From an archaeon (GTDB taxonomy: Archaea; B1Sed10-29; WALL01; WAMD01): a stretch of DNA of 51,972 nt. The stretch covers positions 1 to 51,972 of the forward strand of contig JAJRYR010000036.1 in assembly GCA_024275655.1 (NCBI GenBank), given 5' to 3'. Positions within the stretch are counted from its first letter, which is position 1, and the number at the start of each line of letters is the position of its first letter. A model generated the notes under the pieces. It was not told the origin of the DNA, did not search any database, and saw only the letters and a list, made by a program, of their open reading frames with translations. The position numbers and the translations under genes were made by a program. Positions 25,361 through 36,292 of this stretch are shown here, one piece after another.

Positions 25361-26614
25361 CTAGAAGAGACCAACTTTCCTATTGATTATTTCCTCTGTG
25401 AGTGAATCCACATTCTCCAGCATTGCATCCGCCAGATATTTTAACTCAGATTCTAGGTTAGACAGTTTCATTCCCTCTTCAGGAACTACCCTTAAATTTG
25501 CCACCAGGGGCTGGTCTATTGGTTTTCCTATTTGGGAAAGAAGGACAGTCTCGACAAATTTTATTCCAGAGATCTCTTCCACGGCTCTTCTGGAAATTTC
25601 ACTCGCCAAAACATTGTACAACTTTCCCACATGATTTACTGGGTTCTTCCCAGCTGTGGCTTCCATACTCATAAACCGGTATGGTGTTATCAGGCCATTT
25701 GCTCTGTTTCCCCTTCCGACCTGCCCATCATCTCCGGCCTCTGCCGACAACCCGGTGACCGTCAGATACACCTCTCCTTTTTCTGGGTCGTCTGCAGTGT
25801 TCACAAAAAACTCTGCATTTACTCCCAACCTTCCAGCCAGCCTTCCTAAATCATTAATAACCTTTTCTTTGTATTCCAAATAGTGATCCAAATCTGGAAC
25901 GTACTTGGAAACAAATGCAACTGCCACAGTAACCTTATATTCCTCTCCAGCTCTCACCCCCATAACCTTTACATCCTCCCCCACCCAGGGATTTCTGGAG
26001 TGGTACTCTTCCGAATTCAAGAACCTCTCAACCTCTAGAACCAATTTCTCCAGTCCATTCAGCGGATAAAATCCAACCCCAAAGCTCGTGTCATTTGCAA
26101 GTGGTTTTGTGCTAGTTCTGGAAAACAAGGATGTCAAATCCACTGATCCCGGTCTTATGTGGACATCCAGGTCCACGTCTATCTCTGGATCCAAATTTCT
26201 AAAGTTCCTAGAAAGGTAATCGTAAGCTGCCTTCCTGGCTATCTCATCCACAGGGACAGTCTTGTCCCCTGCTATCTTGGTCGCCCTCCCAGCCGGGATA
26301 ATCTTTATCGGGGAAATGACCTCTCCCCCTCCAAGCTCTGGCTTGGCCTCTCCACCCACCAGCAAGCCCTTATCAACGTTGTGGTGGAGGATGGTGCCAA
26401 AATTATCCAGGTAGTATTTGCTTAGCGCTATGCTTATCTCCTCAGCAATCCCATCACAGATTGAATCCGGATGCCCCAGCCCCTTTCTCTCCACAATCTC
26501 CACTCTGGGCCTGTAAGGCACCAACCTCTCAACAACTATGTTTCTTCCAGCCATGCTAGGATAACACAAAACAATTTTATATAATGCACTCGTTATTGGT
26601 GTTGGTGGTGACAA
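25361..26614 (-). CDS. mat: Archaeal-type S-adenosylmethionine synthetase (MAT); probable true start at M21 (26554)
   Basis: [17 protein letters not shown] plus length and overall pattern of the archaeal MAT family. Confidence 0.8.
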   Translation of the reverse strand: MSPPTPITSALYKIVLCYPSMAGRNIVVERLVPYRPRVEIVERKGLGHPDSICDGIAEEISIALSKYYLDNFGTILHHNVDKGLLVGGEAKPELGGGEVISPIKIIPAGRATKIAGDKTVPVDEIARKAAYDYLSRNFRNLDPEIDVDLDVHIRPGSVDLTSLFSRTSTKPLANDTSFGVGFYPLNGLEKLVLEVERFLNSEEYHSRNPWVGEDVKVMGVRAGEEYKVTVAVAFVSKYVPDLDHYLEYKEKVINDLGRLAGRLGVNAEFFVNTADDPEKGEVYLTVTGLSAEAGDDGQVGRGNRANGLITPYRFMSMEATAGKNPVNHVGKLYNVLASEISRRAVEEISGIKFVETVLLSQIGKPIDQPLVANLRVVPEEGMKLSNLESELKYLADAMLENVDSLTEEIINRKVGLF

Positions 26615-27171
26615 TGATCGGTCTAATAATAGCAGGTATAATTATTCTAGTTGTGATCATTTGTGTAGCATGGGTGATCAGCCTATACAACAAACTAGTG
26701 TCACTGAACAATGCAATAGAAAACACGTTCCACCAGATACAGGTAGCAATGAAGAAAAGACTGGACATGATAGGGCAATTGGTAGACACCACAAAGAGCT
26801 ATCTGAAGTATGAAAAAAGCATATTCACAGACGTCACCAAACTAAGAACCACGCCTTTAATGACCCCTGAAGATATAAAGAAAGCAAATGACATGGCCAC
26901 TGCAATCCTGGGAAGAATATTCGCAGTGATGGAAAACTATCCAAAAGTCCAGGGTATTGAGGCTGTGAAGCAGTTGCAAACTAGCATACAAGAAGTGGAG
27001 GCAGAGATTGCAAGATTGAGATACCTGTACAACGACCAGGTGCAAAGTTTCAATGTAACAATCCAGGTATTCCCGAACAACATAATCGCCGGAATGCTAG
27101 GATTCACAAAGAAGCCATATCTAGAGTTTGGCGAGGAAGTGAAGAAGAGGCCAGACACTGCAGTGTATTAA
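26584..27171 (+). CDS. LemA family protein
   Basis: N-terminal TM then LYNKLVSLNNAIENTFHQIQVAMKKRLDMIGQLVDTTKSYLKYEK, matching the LemA consensus. Confidence 0.7.
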   Translation: MHSLLVLVVTMIGLIIAGIIILVVIICVAWVISLYNKLVSLNNAIENTFHQIQVAMKKRLDMIGQLVDTTKSYLKYEKSIFTDVTKLRTTPLMTPEDIKKANDMATAILGRIFAVMENYPKVQGIEAVKQLQTSIQEVEAEIARLRYLYNDQVQSFNVTIQVFPNNIIAGMLGFTKKPYLEFGEEVKKRPDTAVY

Positions 27172-27228
27172 CTCCTACCCTTGGCTTTCAGGGGAAAGAG
27201 TTTAAAATAGGGTTGGATTAACTTTACT

Positions 27229-28956
27229 GTGAACGCAAGGAATGCCCTGGCAATACTGATGCTTGTATTTCTGATAGTGGCAGTTTCTAGCTTAGTGGCA
27301 ACTATATTTGCATTGCCATTCCTGATCTTTCTCGTTATTTTCGTTCTCGCATTTGCGAGACCATCAAAGTACGACTTGAACAGATTGAGGGCCGGGCTAG
27401 GTTTAAACGAAAATCAGGCAGTGGCCTTGATAGTTGTGATACCCGTGATCACCTATCTGGTGCTATCCAGTCTTGGCATTGCACTGATGCTACCAGGCGA
27501 GAGAATAATCAACCCATATGTGATATACGTCAGCTATGCTGGTAACAACACACTGACCATCGAGGAAACACTTGAATACCGGCTAAGTGGGGAAGAACTG
27601 GCAACGGAGATAGGAAGGTACCTGGACTCCAGTGTGCAAGACTTGAAAATAACTTGCCCCATTGGCATGAATCCCTTCCACTATTCATTCTGGAAAGATG
27701 GGGAGAGGATAAAAGCAGGATGTAGGAATCTTGAGGGGCATATGGGTCCTGGCCAGTATGAACTCAGGATAAAATACCGTGTAACCCCTGAATTCGTATG
27801 TGACGATGAGAAGTGTTTGACAGAGTTGGACATGGGGTATCTAGAGCTTGACGCTGCCAATGTGCAGGTACATTCAAACAGATTAGAGTCCTGGTTAGCC
27901 CAGCCCCCCTACATAAAAGCCGAGAGGGATTTCAAACTTTACGTGCTTGCCCCCAGTTATCTAGTATCTGGCCTAAAAGTTGAAAGGGTTGTAGTCCCAA
28001 AAAACCTGGCCAACTTGATTGAAAATCACATATTCCTTACCGGTTTGGGTATCGTGGGGGCGAGTGTTCTAATGGTATTGGTCATATACCTGCTACTAGG
28101 AAAGGAGATCAGCTTCAGGGACATACCTAGATTCTTGCCCAGAATACCCAAGAAAAGAAAACCATACGAGGTAAATCTCTTATTCTACGGTGATCCTGAC
28201 AAGGTGGAGGACGGTGCCATAATTGCAACCATACTGGATTTGGCCAGGAGGGGATACTTGAAACTGGAAGAAGAAAGGATAGTATTCACAAACAAATCTC
28301 CAAACAAACTAGACGAATACGAGGGCAAGGTTTACTGGACGCTAAGAAAACTTGCAGAGGAGACCGGTTCCAGAAAAGTTCTGAACATGGAGAAATTCAG
28401 AAGAAAAATACAAAAGACGGGGGACATAACCTGGCTCACGTTCATAAAAGATATATTGGAAGAATTGTACATAGTTGAGAGAATCCCAAGGGCCTACGAC
28501 AAGACAGGTAGATACTTGGCTATCGCGGTTTTTGTTTTCTTGGGCGCCATCGGCGTGTGGTTTGGAACTAACGTAGAGTACATAAACCATCTGTGGCTGG
28601 GTTACACACTTATAGCCAGTGGAGTTGCAGGGATACTGGCAATCCTCACCTTCGATGTTTATGCACTGGGTAGGTACCTACCAGAGTACGCCAGGGAAAG
28701 ATGCGAGTGGAGCTCCTTCAGGAGAGTCCTAAATGAGTATGCCCTGATAAGGGAACACGCCAGAACACCAGAAGAACTGGAGGAATGGCTCATATATGCA
28801 AACGCTCTAGGTATGCCCAGTAATGTCGAGAAGGTTGTGGAAGATTCCAAGGCAAAACTGCCCAACATCACCCCCGACTACCAGCTTCTCGCGCCTTCTT
28901 TCCTAATAGAGATAATAAAGGCGAGGATTGAGGAGTTAAAATCAGGAAGGCATTAA
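27229..28956 (+). CDS. Polytopic membrane protein, DUF2207-like (the usual LemA genomic partner)
   Basis: TM helices at both ends with a large exoplasmic domain between them. It is adjacent to LemA. Confidence 0.4.
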   Translation: MNARNALAILMLVFLIVAVSSLVATIFALPFLIFLVIFVLAFARPSKYDLNRLRAGLGLNENQAVALIVVIPVITYLVLSSLGIALMLPGERIINPYVIYVSYAGNNTLTIEETLEYRLSGEELATEIGRYLDSSVQDLKITCPIGMNPFHYSFWKDGERIKAGCRNLEGHMGPGQYELRIKYRVTPEFVCDDEKCLTELDMGYLELDAANVQVHSNRLESWLAQPPYIKAERDFKLYVLAPSYLVSGLKVERVVVPKNLANLIENHIFLTGLGIVGASVLMVLVIYLLLGKEISFRDIPRFLPRIPKKRKPYEVNLLFYGDPDKVEDGAIIATILDLARRGYLKLEEERIVFTNKSPNKLDEYEGKVYWTLRKLAEETGSRKVLNMEKFRRKIQKTGDITWLTFIKDILEELYIVERIPRAYDKTGRYLAIAVFVFLGAIGVWFGTNVEYINHLWLGYTLIASGVAGILAILTFDVYALGRYLPEYARERCEWSSFRRVLNEYALIREHARTPEELEEWLIYANALGMPSNVEKVVEDSKAKLPNITPDYQLLAPSFLIEIIKARIEELKSGRH

Positions 28957-30797
28957 CCTAGCCTCTCTAGCTCCTCCCTGACCAGCTTGGCAATTAACTT
29001 CCCGTCTATCTTGCCCCTCAACTTCTTCATAACCTCTCCCATTGCCACCGCGAACGGATTTCTCTTCTCTTTTATGTCAGGTATTCCTTTGATCACATCG
29101 CTAACTATCTGCCTAGCCTCTTCTGGACTCATTCCCTTGAACTTCTCCAAAACATCAATATCCCCACTCCTCGCAAGTTCTGATATCGCATCTGGAATTG
29201 CCTCCTTGGGGATTTTTGCCTTAAACAACGCAATCCAGTGCTCGTCTGCTAGCCTGTCCACTGGAACGCCCTCCCTCGCCAAAGCCCTCCTGGTGTTCAC
29301 CAAAGTTGAAGCCACCAGTTTGGGATCTGCATCGGTGTCCTTTACAATCCTATCAAACAGAACGAACTCTCCACTATTGACCAACCCCTGAACTAAATCT
29401 TCAGGGATGCCCGTCCCCCTCAACCTTTCCTCTGTTTCCTCTGGAAGCTCGGGTACTCCAATCTTCTCCCACATCTCTTGCGGGATCAGGAACGGCAGCA
29501 CATCTGTCTCTGGATACATTCTAGCTGCTCCTGGCATGGGCCTCATATAACTTGTGTTTCCATCTGGAAGGGCCTTTCTAACCTCCTCCGGAACACCATC
29601 AAACAACACATTTATCCTTTCCACAGCAAACCTCAATGCAAGCTTGGCCTTGCTTTCATCTGATGCCACAATAACAAAAGCATCTGAATCTGAAATCCCC
29701 AACCTGGATCTAATTCCTGCCAACTCCTCCTGGGATATGGGGTACTTGGCCAGGTCTTCATCAGAGTGTATTACCCCGCCAACTCCTGCCTTCTTAGCAT
29801 AGTCCGAAACCTCAGTGCCCACTCTCCTACCTGGCTGAACCTCAATACCCAGAATGCCCTTAAATCCTGGGAGCTTAATCCCTAGGACTGCTTTTGCTTT
29901 CTTTAGGAACCTACACTTTGAATTTGAGAATATGTCTGTTAAAACCACGGGTTCTGGATTTACCTTGTGGAGCCCTCTACTCTCCAGTTCCTTCTTGACC
30001 TCCAAGAGCTTCTCCTGCCTCATCACTTCCCTTCTTATCAGCTCTGGGATCAAATCCAAGTCCTGGGCACCCTTTATCTCTACCCTGGCCCCTCCTGGGA
30101 CTGAAAGATTGATATCCTGCCTTATGGTTCCCAGTCCCCTTTTAACCCTACCAGTGGCCCTCAGAAGCTTCCCAATCCTAAAAGCTATGTCTCTGGCCTG
30201 CTCAGGAGTAACGCCCTCTATGACTCCTGTGGAGAGCTCAACCAATGGAATGCCCAACCTATCCAGCCTGTACACAACCCTATCTCCCCTCTTCTCAACT
30301 ATGAACGCAGATTCCTCCTCCAAGTATATGGTGGGAATCGTTATTCTCTTATCAAAAAGCTCAAACCACCCATCCCTGGCTATGAGCATGGTTCTCTGAA
30401 ATCCAGTTGTGTTAGAACCATCTATCACTATCTTCCTCATTGGATGGACTTCATCCACAGGCTTTGCGTTGAATATCTTAGCTATCTGCAAGGCAATTTC
30501 CAACGCTTCCCTGTTCACGTCATGTGGGGGCTCCTCGTCCAACTCAACCAGGCAACTAGAATTCCTGGGGGCATGATACTCATAGAACCTTCCAGAAAAG
30601 TACTCCGACAGTGCAGCTCTGTCTAGCCCTCCCATCTCACTGGCCACTGGCCTAAGCCTTCTAGTAACCACAACCTCCGGTCCACTGGCCTCCTCACTGG
30701 GACAAGAACAGAACAACTTGTGAGTGTCCAACCTCTGGTGTATTTCAAACCCTATCCTGAAATCCATATACTCACCTAGAATAATTACACTACTCAA
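28953..30797 (-). CDS. gatE: Glutamyl-tRNA(Gln) amidotransferase subunit E
   Basis: IGFEIHQRLDTHKLFCSCP, SCLVELDEEPP and MRKIVIDGSNTTGFQRT are GatE signatures. The ~610 aa length separates it from GatB. Confidence 0.8.
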   Translation of the reverse strand: MSSVIILGEYMDFRIGFEIHQRLDTHKLFCSCPSEEASGPEVVVTRRLRPVASEMGGLDRAALSEYFSGRFYEYHAPRNSSCLVELDEEPPHDVNREALEIALQIAKIFNAKPVDEVHPMRKIVIDGSNTTGFQRTMLIARDGWFELFDKRITIPTIYLEEESAFIVEKRGDRVVYRLDRLGIPLVELSTGVIEGVTPEQARDIAFRIGKLLRATGRVKRGLGTIRQDINLSVPGGARVEIKGAQDLDLIPELIRREVMRQEKLLEVKKELESRGLHKVNPEPVVLTDIFSNSKCRFLKKAKAVLGIKLPGFKGILGIEVQPGRRVGTEVSDYAKKAGVGGVIHSDEDLAKYPISQEELAGIRSRLGISDSDAFVIVASDESKAKLALRFAVERINVLFDGVPEEVRKALPDGNTSYMRPMPGAARMYPETDVLPFLIPQEMWEKIGVPELPEETEERLRGTGIPEDLVQGLVNSGEFVLFDRIVKDTDADPKLVASTLVNTRRALAREGVPVDRLADEHWIALFKAKIPKEAIPDAISELARSGDIDVLEKFKGMSPEEARQIVSDVIKGIPDIKEKRNPFAVAMGEVMKKLRGKIDGKLIAKLVREELERLG

Positions 30798-30814
30798 TTT
30801 AAAATTAGTAACAT

Positions 30815-31375
30815 CTAGTCGATATCCAGCGCCTTCATCAAATCATCCACAAGGGCGTACAACTCCTCTAGGCTCCCTGTGTCGTTGTTTATGAAATACT
30901 GGGCCATCTCAAATACTTCTCCCATCTTCTTCAAGTTAAAATCCCTTCTATCTCTCTCTATGAACTCCTCAAATGTGGGGCAGCATTCTTCCCTGGCCCT
31001 CACCCTCTCATACCTTATCTCAGGAGGAGCGGTGACTAGCACAAGGATAAATCTTCCATCCCTCTTACGTATATATTCTACTTCCTCGGGGCTTCTAAAA
31101 TTTGGAATCACAATCCTCTTTGGTTTTTCCTTTGCTATTTTTTCCCATAATCTCCTTGCTAAAACGTCCATCCCACCTTCCTTCCTCAATTCATCCCCCA
31201 AACTACTCAAATTCATTTTATTGGGCTCTATGCCTCTTTTCATGGCTTCCTCAATTAAAATGTCCGTGAAGGAGAACTTCTTGAATCCATACCTCTTAAC
31301 AAGATAATCAGCAACCGTATCCTTTCCTGCCCCTGCAGGGCCGCATATGCCAATCGTGAGCATTGTTTCAGCCAT
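30815..31375 (-). CDS. P-loop nucleotide kinase (UPF0200/dephospho-CoA-kinase-like); the track ORF 30815-31459 is trimmed to M29
   Basis: Walker A GICGPAGAGKDT followed by a kinase-like core. Confidence 0.45.
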   Translation of the reverse strand: MAETMLTIGICGPAGAGKDTVADYLVKRYGFKKFSFTDILIEEAMKRGIEPNKMNLSSLGDELRKEGGMDVLARRLWEKIAKEKPKRIVIPNFRSPEEVEYIRKRDGRFILVLVTAPPEIRYERVRAREECCPTFEEFIERDRRDFNLKKMGEVFEMAQYFINNDTGSLEELYALVDDLMKALDID

Positions 31376-31424
31376 GTGTTTAATTATGGTGCGATTTTTT
31401 AAAAGCTTAACTGAACTGTACGTC

Positions 31425-32216
31425 TCAACAAAGTATTCTATCTGGGTACCCGTGTCCAAGGGTTACTACATGCCAGAGAGCCAGCTTTATCTGGCCTAGC
31501 AGGGGAATGTCAAATATGGCCTTCCCTATAACTGCGTTCTCTGGAACAGGAGTGGAGATGCACCCTGGCCAGTTTTTATCCCTAGGTAGCTGGCAGATAT
31601 CTGTTATGTTATCAGATAACTCCATACATCTCAAGTACTGCCCTTCCTTTACCCACTGGGCACAATCTATCTTGGCGGCATCTGGTATGGGATTTGCATC
31701 ACCCTTGGTTATGAAGTAATGCTTTCCATCGGATGTCATAACCTTAGCTATTACCCTATGTATGATCTGGTTTCCATTTATTGGAGAGATGTAAACAATC
31801 ACGTCCCCTTTCTTGGTAACATTCACCACCCGGGGACTTCCATCTGGGAATATTAACTGTCTAGTCTGCTCAAATCTATTGTTGGGAACTATCTTGAAGT
31901 ACACGTCAGTGGTGTTCAAAACCACCAATGGCGCACGGATATCATCAAAGCTAGTCCCCTTCAGAACGATTATGTCCCCTACTTGATAAGTTCCTGCCAT
32001 TGAACAACTCTGAACTATCACCGCTGGGGGATTTGCGCCAAGCAATGCAGGAAGCACAACATAGTATATCAACGCAGCGATTAAGAATCCAAATGCTATA
32101 TCTACTAGTTCTCCCTTCCAACCTGAAAGACCATATTTCTCTTTTATCCTCGAAGCTAGATCAAATTTTGCTAAGAACAATTTTACTTTATCAAGCGTAT
32201 TCTTGATCCCCATCAT
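31425..32216 (-). CDS. Signal peptidase I (S26 family, Sec11/archaeal type)
   Basis: N-terminal TM, SCSMAGT (box B Ser), IIHRVI (box D) and ITKGDANPIPD (box E GDN). Confidence 0.6.
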   Translation of the reverse strand: MMGIKNTLDKVKLFLAKFDLASRIKEKYGLSGWKGELVDIAFGFLIAALIYYVVLPALLGANPPAVIVQSCSMAGTYQVGDIIVLKGTSFDDIRAPLVVLNTTDVYFKIVPNNRFEQTRQLIFPDGSPRVVNVTKKGDVIVYISPINGNQIIHRVIAKVMTSDGKHYFITKGDANPIPDAAKIDCAQWVKEGQYLRCMELSDNITDICQLPRDKNWPGCISTPVPENAVIGKAIFDIPLLGQIKLALWHVVTLGHGYPDRILC

Positions 32217-32800
32217 GCTCTCCTCCTACTCTGGCCTAGAGTGATTGCTGACGCCACTAAGTGGGATATCCTGAGACTCTCTGGGATGTTTCCAGTTTTT
32301 ATGCTTATTTCTATTAGTTCCCTGGCATCCTTCTTGCTTATACCTGTTTTTTGGAAATACAGCTTTCCCCTGTTTCTGGGAATAGAATACAACCTACCTG
32401 CAGCCCGAATCCTCCTAAACTTCTCCTTTCCATTCGGTACTTTATTCAATGCTCTCTCTATCTTCTCCATATCTGGGACTTTCCTGAGAACAACAATTAC
32501 AGGCAATCCGGTCTCCTCAGATAATTCCCTTATATCTACTGTGTTGAAACCTCCCAGCGTTACTCCCTTCAAGAACACGACTTTTAATGTGTCCTTAAAC
32601 TTTGAACTGTTCACTAGCTCAACTAGCTTCCGGGTTGCCTCATCTCCATCCACAGATATTTTATCAAAGAGAAACCCCTCTATCAAGTCATTGCCCCTGA
32701 CAACGCATCCTACCAGTACCGTGTTCTTGTCAGACTTCTTGAAGAAACCGTCATCAAAACCGATCTGCCTTATGAGCGGCTTCATTTTAGACAACTTCAC
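32213..32800 (-). CDS. UPF0215/DUF99-like archaeal protein
   Basis: Weak family resemblance from memory. It sits in the conserved neighbourhood next to rpoL-csl4. Confidence 0.35.
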   Translation of the reverse strand: MKLSKMKPLIRQIGFDDGFFKKSDKNTVLVGCVVRGNDLIEGFLFDKISVDGDEATRKLVELVNSSKFKDTLKVVFLKGVTLGGFNTVDIRELSEETGLPVIVVLRKVPDMEKIERALNKVPNGKEKFRRIRAAGRLYSIPRNRGKLYFQKTGISKKDARELIEISIKTGNIPESLRISHLVASAITLGQSRRRA

Positions 32801-33090
32801 TTCTTTTTCTTTCCCTTTTTCTCTTTCTCTTCAGTCATCTTCAACAGTCCCTTAAACTCTTCTTCAATCGTTTTAACGGTTTTGCTAAGTGCTGTCCACG
32901 GAGACCCTCTCTTGGTTCGGATGTACAATTTTGCGTTGCCTATCAATGGATGCTCCTTATCATATACAGCGAAATCCACATTTGGATCCTGGAGCAAAGC
33001 CCAGGCCACCAGTGCCGGAAAGCTGTGCTCCTCCCCTTCTATCTCAATTATGAGCTCCTTTTCCTTTTCCTCTACCACTTTCAGCTTCAT
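32797..33090 (-). CDS. rpoL: DNA-directed RNA polymerase subunit L (Rpo11)
   Basis: LIIEIEGEEHSFPALVAWALLQDPNVDFAVYDKEHPLIGNAKLYIRT matches RpoL/Rpb11. It overlaps csl4 as in the conserved archaeal csl4-rpoL pair. Confidence 0.7.
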   Translation of the reverse strand: MKLKVVEEKEKELIIEIEGEEHSFPALVAWALLQDPNVDFAVYDKEHPLIGNAKLYIRTKRGSPWTALSKTVKTIEEEFKGLLKMTEEKEKKGKKKK

Positions 33091-33655
33091 AAAGTATCCC
33101 TCCTACCTTTCCGTATTCTATTGAGATTTTCCTCCTTTCCAAATTTCCACAGTTCTCGCAAACAAGCACTCCTTTCTTAAGTACAAGCGGGTGCCTGCAC
33201 TGAGTGCAGAATGCCTTAACCACACCCAGGTCTGATGCCCTGGTTGTCAATGTAACTGTGAATTGTGTTATTTCTATTATCTTGACCTTAACTATGTCTC
33301 CTGTTCTGAACTCATCCCTCATGTTCTTCACAAACCCTCTCTTGACTTCGGAGATTGGTATCACGTGTGTAACTGGTCTAGGGACATAGTAAAACTGGTC
33401 TATCTTCCTGGGCAGGATATCTACTATTGCAAAGTTATCTGACACCTGTGCAATGGTACCGTAGGCGGTCATTCCCCTCTTGTAGAATAAGGGGATCCTG
33501 GTCTTCACCTTTACCCTCACTTCCCTCTTGTGCAAGTCCTTTTCTAACTCCCCAATGTTGGAAGAGTAAACATTACCACTATCTGAATATGTCCCAAATC
33601 CTGGGATAAATTCCTCCTCATATCCTATGAACTCTCCGGGTACTACTGGTTCCAT
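33044..33655 (-). CDS. csl4: Exosome complex RNA-binding protein Csl4 (S1 domain plus C-terminal zinc ribbon)
   Basis: N-terminal VVPGEFIGYEEEFIPGFGTY and C-terminal CTQCRHPL...CENCGN. Confidence 0.65.
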   Translation of the reverse strand: MEPVVPGEFIGYEEEFIPGFGTYSDSGNVYSSNIGELEKDLHKREVRVKVKTRIPLFYKRGMTAYGTIAQVSDNFAIVDILPRKIDQFYYVPRPVTHVIPISEVKRGFVKNMRDEFRTGDIVKVKIIEITQFTVTLTTRASDLGVVKAFCTQCRHPLVLKKGVLVCENCGNLERRKISIEYGKVGGILYEAESGRGKGKGAHN

Positions 33656-33727
33656 ACTATCACCAAAAGGAGCATAAGTTTATGCACATAGATAGTATTT
33701 AAATTTAGTGGAAGGATTAAAACTATT

Positions 33728-34540
33728 ATGTTCGACATGATACTCCACCCGAAGACAGCTGAAAAAAAGCCTAGCGAGCTGCTCTTGTTTGCTCTGGCTC
33801 TTGGCATAGTGTCTAGTTGGTTAGCTATGGTTATAAGCAGGAACGGCGATGCTGGGCACCTAACTGTGGCGCTCATGTGTATAGGGGCGGCACCCTTAAT
33901 AGTGCACTTGATCTGGCTGGAGGAGAGAAAGGAGGAACAATTAAAGGGTGCGTTTTTGGAGAGGCACTGGCCGCTTATACAAGCATATGGTGCATTCTTC
34001 GTGGGGACTGTGCTAGCAATCTCCATGGTCTACGTTTTGCTTCCAGATTCACTGTCCCAAACAGCGTTTGCATCACAAATTAACGAGTTGAAAGCGATAA
34101 GAACTCTTGCCATTCAAGGAAATGCAGTATCCGGAGGGTGCGACTTTCTCTGTATACTATCCAACAATCTCCAGGTCCTGTTGTTTGTGTTGATATTCTC
34201 CTTCATATATGGGGCGGGAGCCATATACGTTATAACCTGGAACGCCAGTATTGTGGGCGTGTTGATAGGGGTGACCACAGAAGAGCTTGCGAGAAATATG
34301 GGTGTGCATGAATCGATCGCTTACCTGTTATCCCTCCCCATATCATTTGTCCGATTGATACCTCACGGCATATTTGAGATAACTGGATATCTAATTGGCG
34401 GTCTGGCAGGAGGTATGCTCTCCGCAGCAATAATGCGGGGTCACCTAAAGGAGAAAAGAATACTCCTGGACATAGCTGGAATGATAACCTTAAGTGTCAT
34501 TCTCATAATCATTGGTGCATTCATAGAAACACTGGGCTAA
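33728..34540 (+). CDS. Polytopic membrane protein (SpoIIM/DUF95-like)
   Basis: 6 predicted TM helices. Weak family resemblance. Confidence 0.3.
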   Translation: MFDMILHPKTAEKKPSELLLFALALGIVSSWLAMVISRNGDAGHLTVALMCIGAAPLIVHLIWLEERKEEQLKGAFLERHWPLIQAYGAFFVGTVLAISMVYVLLPDSLSQTAFASQINELKAIRTLAIQGNAVSGGCDFLCILSNNLQVLLFVLIFSFIYGAGAIYVITWNASIVGVLIGVTTEELARNMGVHESIAYLLSLPISFVRLIPHGIFEITGYLIGGLAGGMLSAAIMRGHLKEKRILLDIAGMITLSVILIIIGAFIETLG

Positions 34541-34976
34541 ACAAGCTAGCACGTGTCATTGCAAAAACGAACAAAAAAGCTAGGAGATTCCCTAGATAGA
34601 GTGCAGGTATCGCTTTTTTCTCTTCTAGGCCTAGGATCAAAGCTCCCAACGTGCCAGTGTACAACCCACTACCTGGGAGAGGAATTGCCACAAACAACAT
34701 TAAACCCCAAAAACCGTACTTGTCCACATATTTAGATACCTTTGCACGTATTGTCATCACCTTTCTCTGTACGAATTTGAGTTTCATGAATTTCTCAAGA
34801 ATATACTCAAACCCCAGATAAACCAGTGGTACTATTGCCATGCTGACAATAAATGGAAGGACATAACCCTCAAACCAGCCCAACCCACGAAAGCTAGAAT
34901 ACAGCACTGCTCCCCTAACTTCAATCCCAGGAATGACTGCGAGCAAGAGTGGTATTAAGAACTCGGGGATGGACAT
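34521..34976 (-). CDS. Small polytopic membrane protein
   Basis: 4 TM helices, 151 aa. Confidence 0.3.
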   Translation of the reverse strand: MSIPEFLIPLLLAVIPGIEVRGAVLYSSFRGLGWFEGYVLPFIVSMAIVPLVYLGFEYILEKFMKLKFVQRKVMTIRAKVSKYVDKYGFWGLMLFVAIPLPGSGLYTGTLGALILGLEEKKAIPALYLGNLLAFLFVFAMTRASLFSPVFL

Positions 34977-34983
34977 AATCAGA

Positions 34984-36057
34984 TCACTTCTTTGTTGTTT
35001 TGGATTTTGATTTTGTCTTTCTAACTGTTCTTGGTTTTACGCTTTTCTTTAGGAAGTGTTTCATGTGTTTCTCTGACTTTGATAGCATCTCCTTCTCTTC
35101 CCTCACAAACTCCTTGAACTGCTTTCTTAGATCTCTCTCAACTTCCCGATAATCCTTGCCAGTTATCCCTGCTATCCTCTCTGCCATTTTACTCAGCTCT
35201 ACCGGGAAAAGAATCTTGCTGGATTTTCCTTCTGCCACCTTCTTCAATGCTTCAAGGTACAAGTATTGCAATGCTGGCTCATTGAGCTTTCCTGCTGCCT
35301 CTCTCACGGCATCTATTCGTATGGCATTCGCGAGTGCCTCTTGCTCTGCTGCCTTTTTGTATTCCTCCGCCGCCTTTTTCTTATGCATAGCATCCATAAC
35401 TTCCTCTGGCAGTTTCACTTCCTTTATTTCAACCTTCTCAATTTGTACTCCCCAATCTTCTGCTAAATCCATCAGTCCCTTGGAAACTAGCTTGTTTATT
35501 TTATCAATATTAGAGATAACTTCTGATAGCGTCATCTTACCTATAACATCTCTCAAGTGGGCATACGTGGCGCTGACGGCAGCTTCTCTGTAATCCCTTA
35601 CTTCCAAAACTGCCTTTTTTACATCCACGACCTTAAGATATATTATAGCATCAATCGTGAGCTCGATTTCGTCCTTGGTCACCACCTTTTGCTTGGGCAC
35701 ATCTATGGTCTGCACTCGTGTGTCTATGATCACTGCCTCATCAATGAACGGAATGAGAACTCTCCAACCTGGACCGTATATATCCAGAAACTTACCCATT
35801 CTAAATACAACGGCCCTTTCGTAATCCTTTATCTCTATGACAAAGGGAGGCATCTTCAGGTACAATAAACCTAAAAAGAACATAATTCCCAGAAGGAGAG
35901 CCAATTCCTCGATTATGTTGAGATAAAATAGAGTGAACAATGCCAAAATACCAAAAACAACTATCACAAGAAAAACAAATACATCCCGCTTATCATCCTT
36001 CTTTTTAGACTTCTTCTTGGGGAGCTTCATAGCTATCACATATTTAAATCCCGCCAC
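34984..36057 (-). CDS. SPFH/Band 7 (stomatin/prohibitin-like) protein
   Basis: N-terminal TM then ERAVVFRMGKFLDIYGPGWRVLIPFIDEAVIIDTRVQTIDV and a long C-terminal coiled coil. Confidence 0.75.
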   Translation of the reverse strand: MAGFKYVIAMKLPKKKSKKKDDKRDVFVFLVIVVFGILALFTLFYLNIIEELALLLGIMFFLGLLYLKMPPFVIEIKDYERAVVFRMGKFLDIYGPGWRVLIPFIDEAVIIDTRVQTIDVPKQKVVTKDEIELTIDAIIYLKVVDVKKAVLEVRDYREAAVSATYAHLRDVIGKMTLSEVISNIDKINKLVSKGLMDLAEDWGVQIEKVEIKEVKLPEEVMDAMHKKKAAEEYKKAAEQEALANAIRIDAVREAAGKLNEPALQYLYLEALKKVAEGKSSKILFPVELSKMAERIAGITGKDYREVERDLRKQFKEFVREEKEMLSKSEKHMKHFLKKSVKPRTVRKTKSKSKTTKK

Positions 36058-36082
36058 CCTATATAAAACCTAGTGTTGTGTT

Positions 36083-36289
36083 ATGGCGAAGAAGGTTAAT
36101 ACCCTGGTAATAACCGTTGATAGGGATGATGACCTAGGGAAGAAAACAAACCTAGCTGGACCCATAGTGGGGGAAAAAGCATGCATAAAGGCAGCTGAAA
36201 CCCTAGCCATTGCTGACCCTGGAGAGTCGGATGCAAATGCAATGTTTGCTGCAATAAAAGCATATAGAGAACTAAAGGAATTGGGATAA
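36083..36289 (+). CDS. N-terminal segment of a DUF373-like gene, ending at an in-frame TAA
   Basis: Same reading frame as 36293-37357, separated only by TAA-AAC. It shares the NTLVITVDRDDDLG motif with EIAIITGHPSRG of the next ORF. Confidence 0.4.
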   Translation: MAKKVNTLVITVDRDDDLGKKTNLAGPIVGEKACIKAAETLAIADPGESDANAMFAAIKAYRELKELG

Positions 36290-36292
36290 AAC

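Noticed and set aside
30879-31307. 142-aa plus-strand ORF and similar S/L-rich ORFs antisense to gatE, lonB and other genes (28987-29391, 29854-30399, 40638-41225)
   Set aside because: They are low-complexity antisense translations of well-supported genes.
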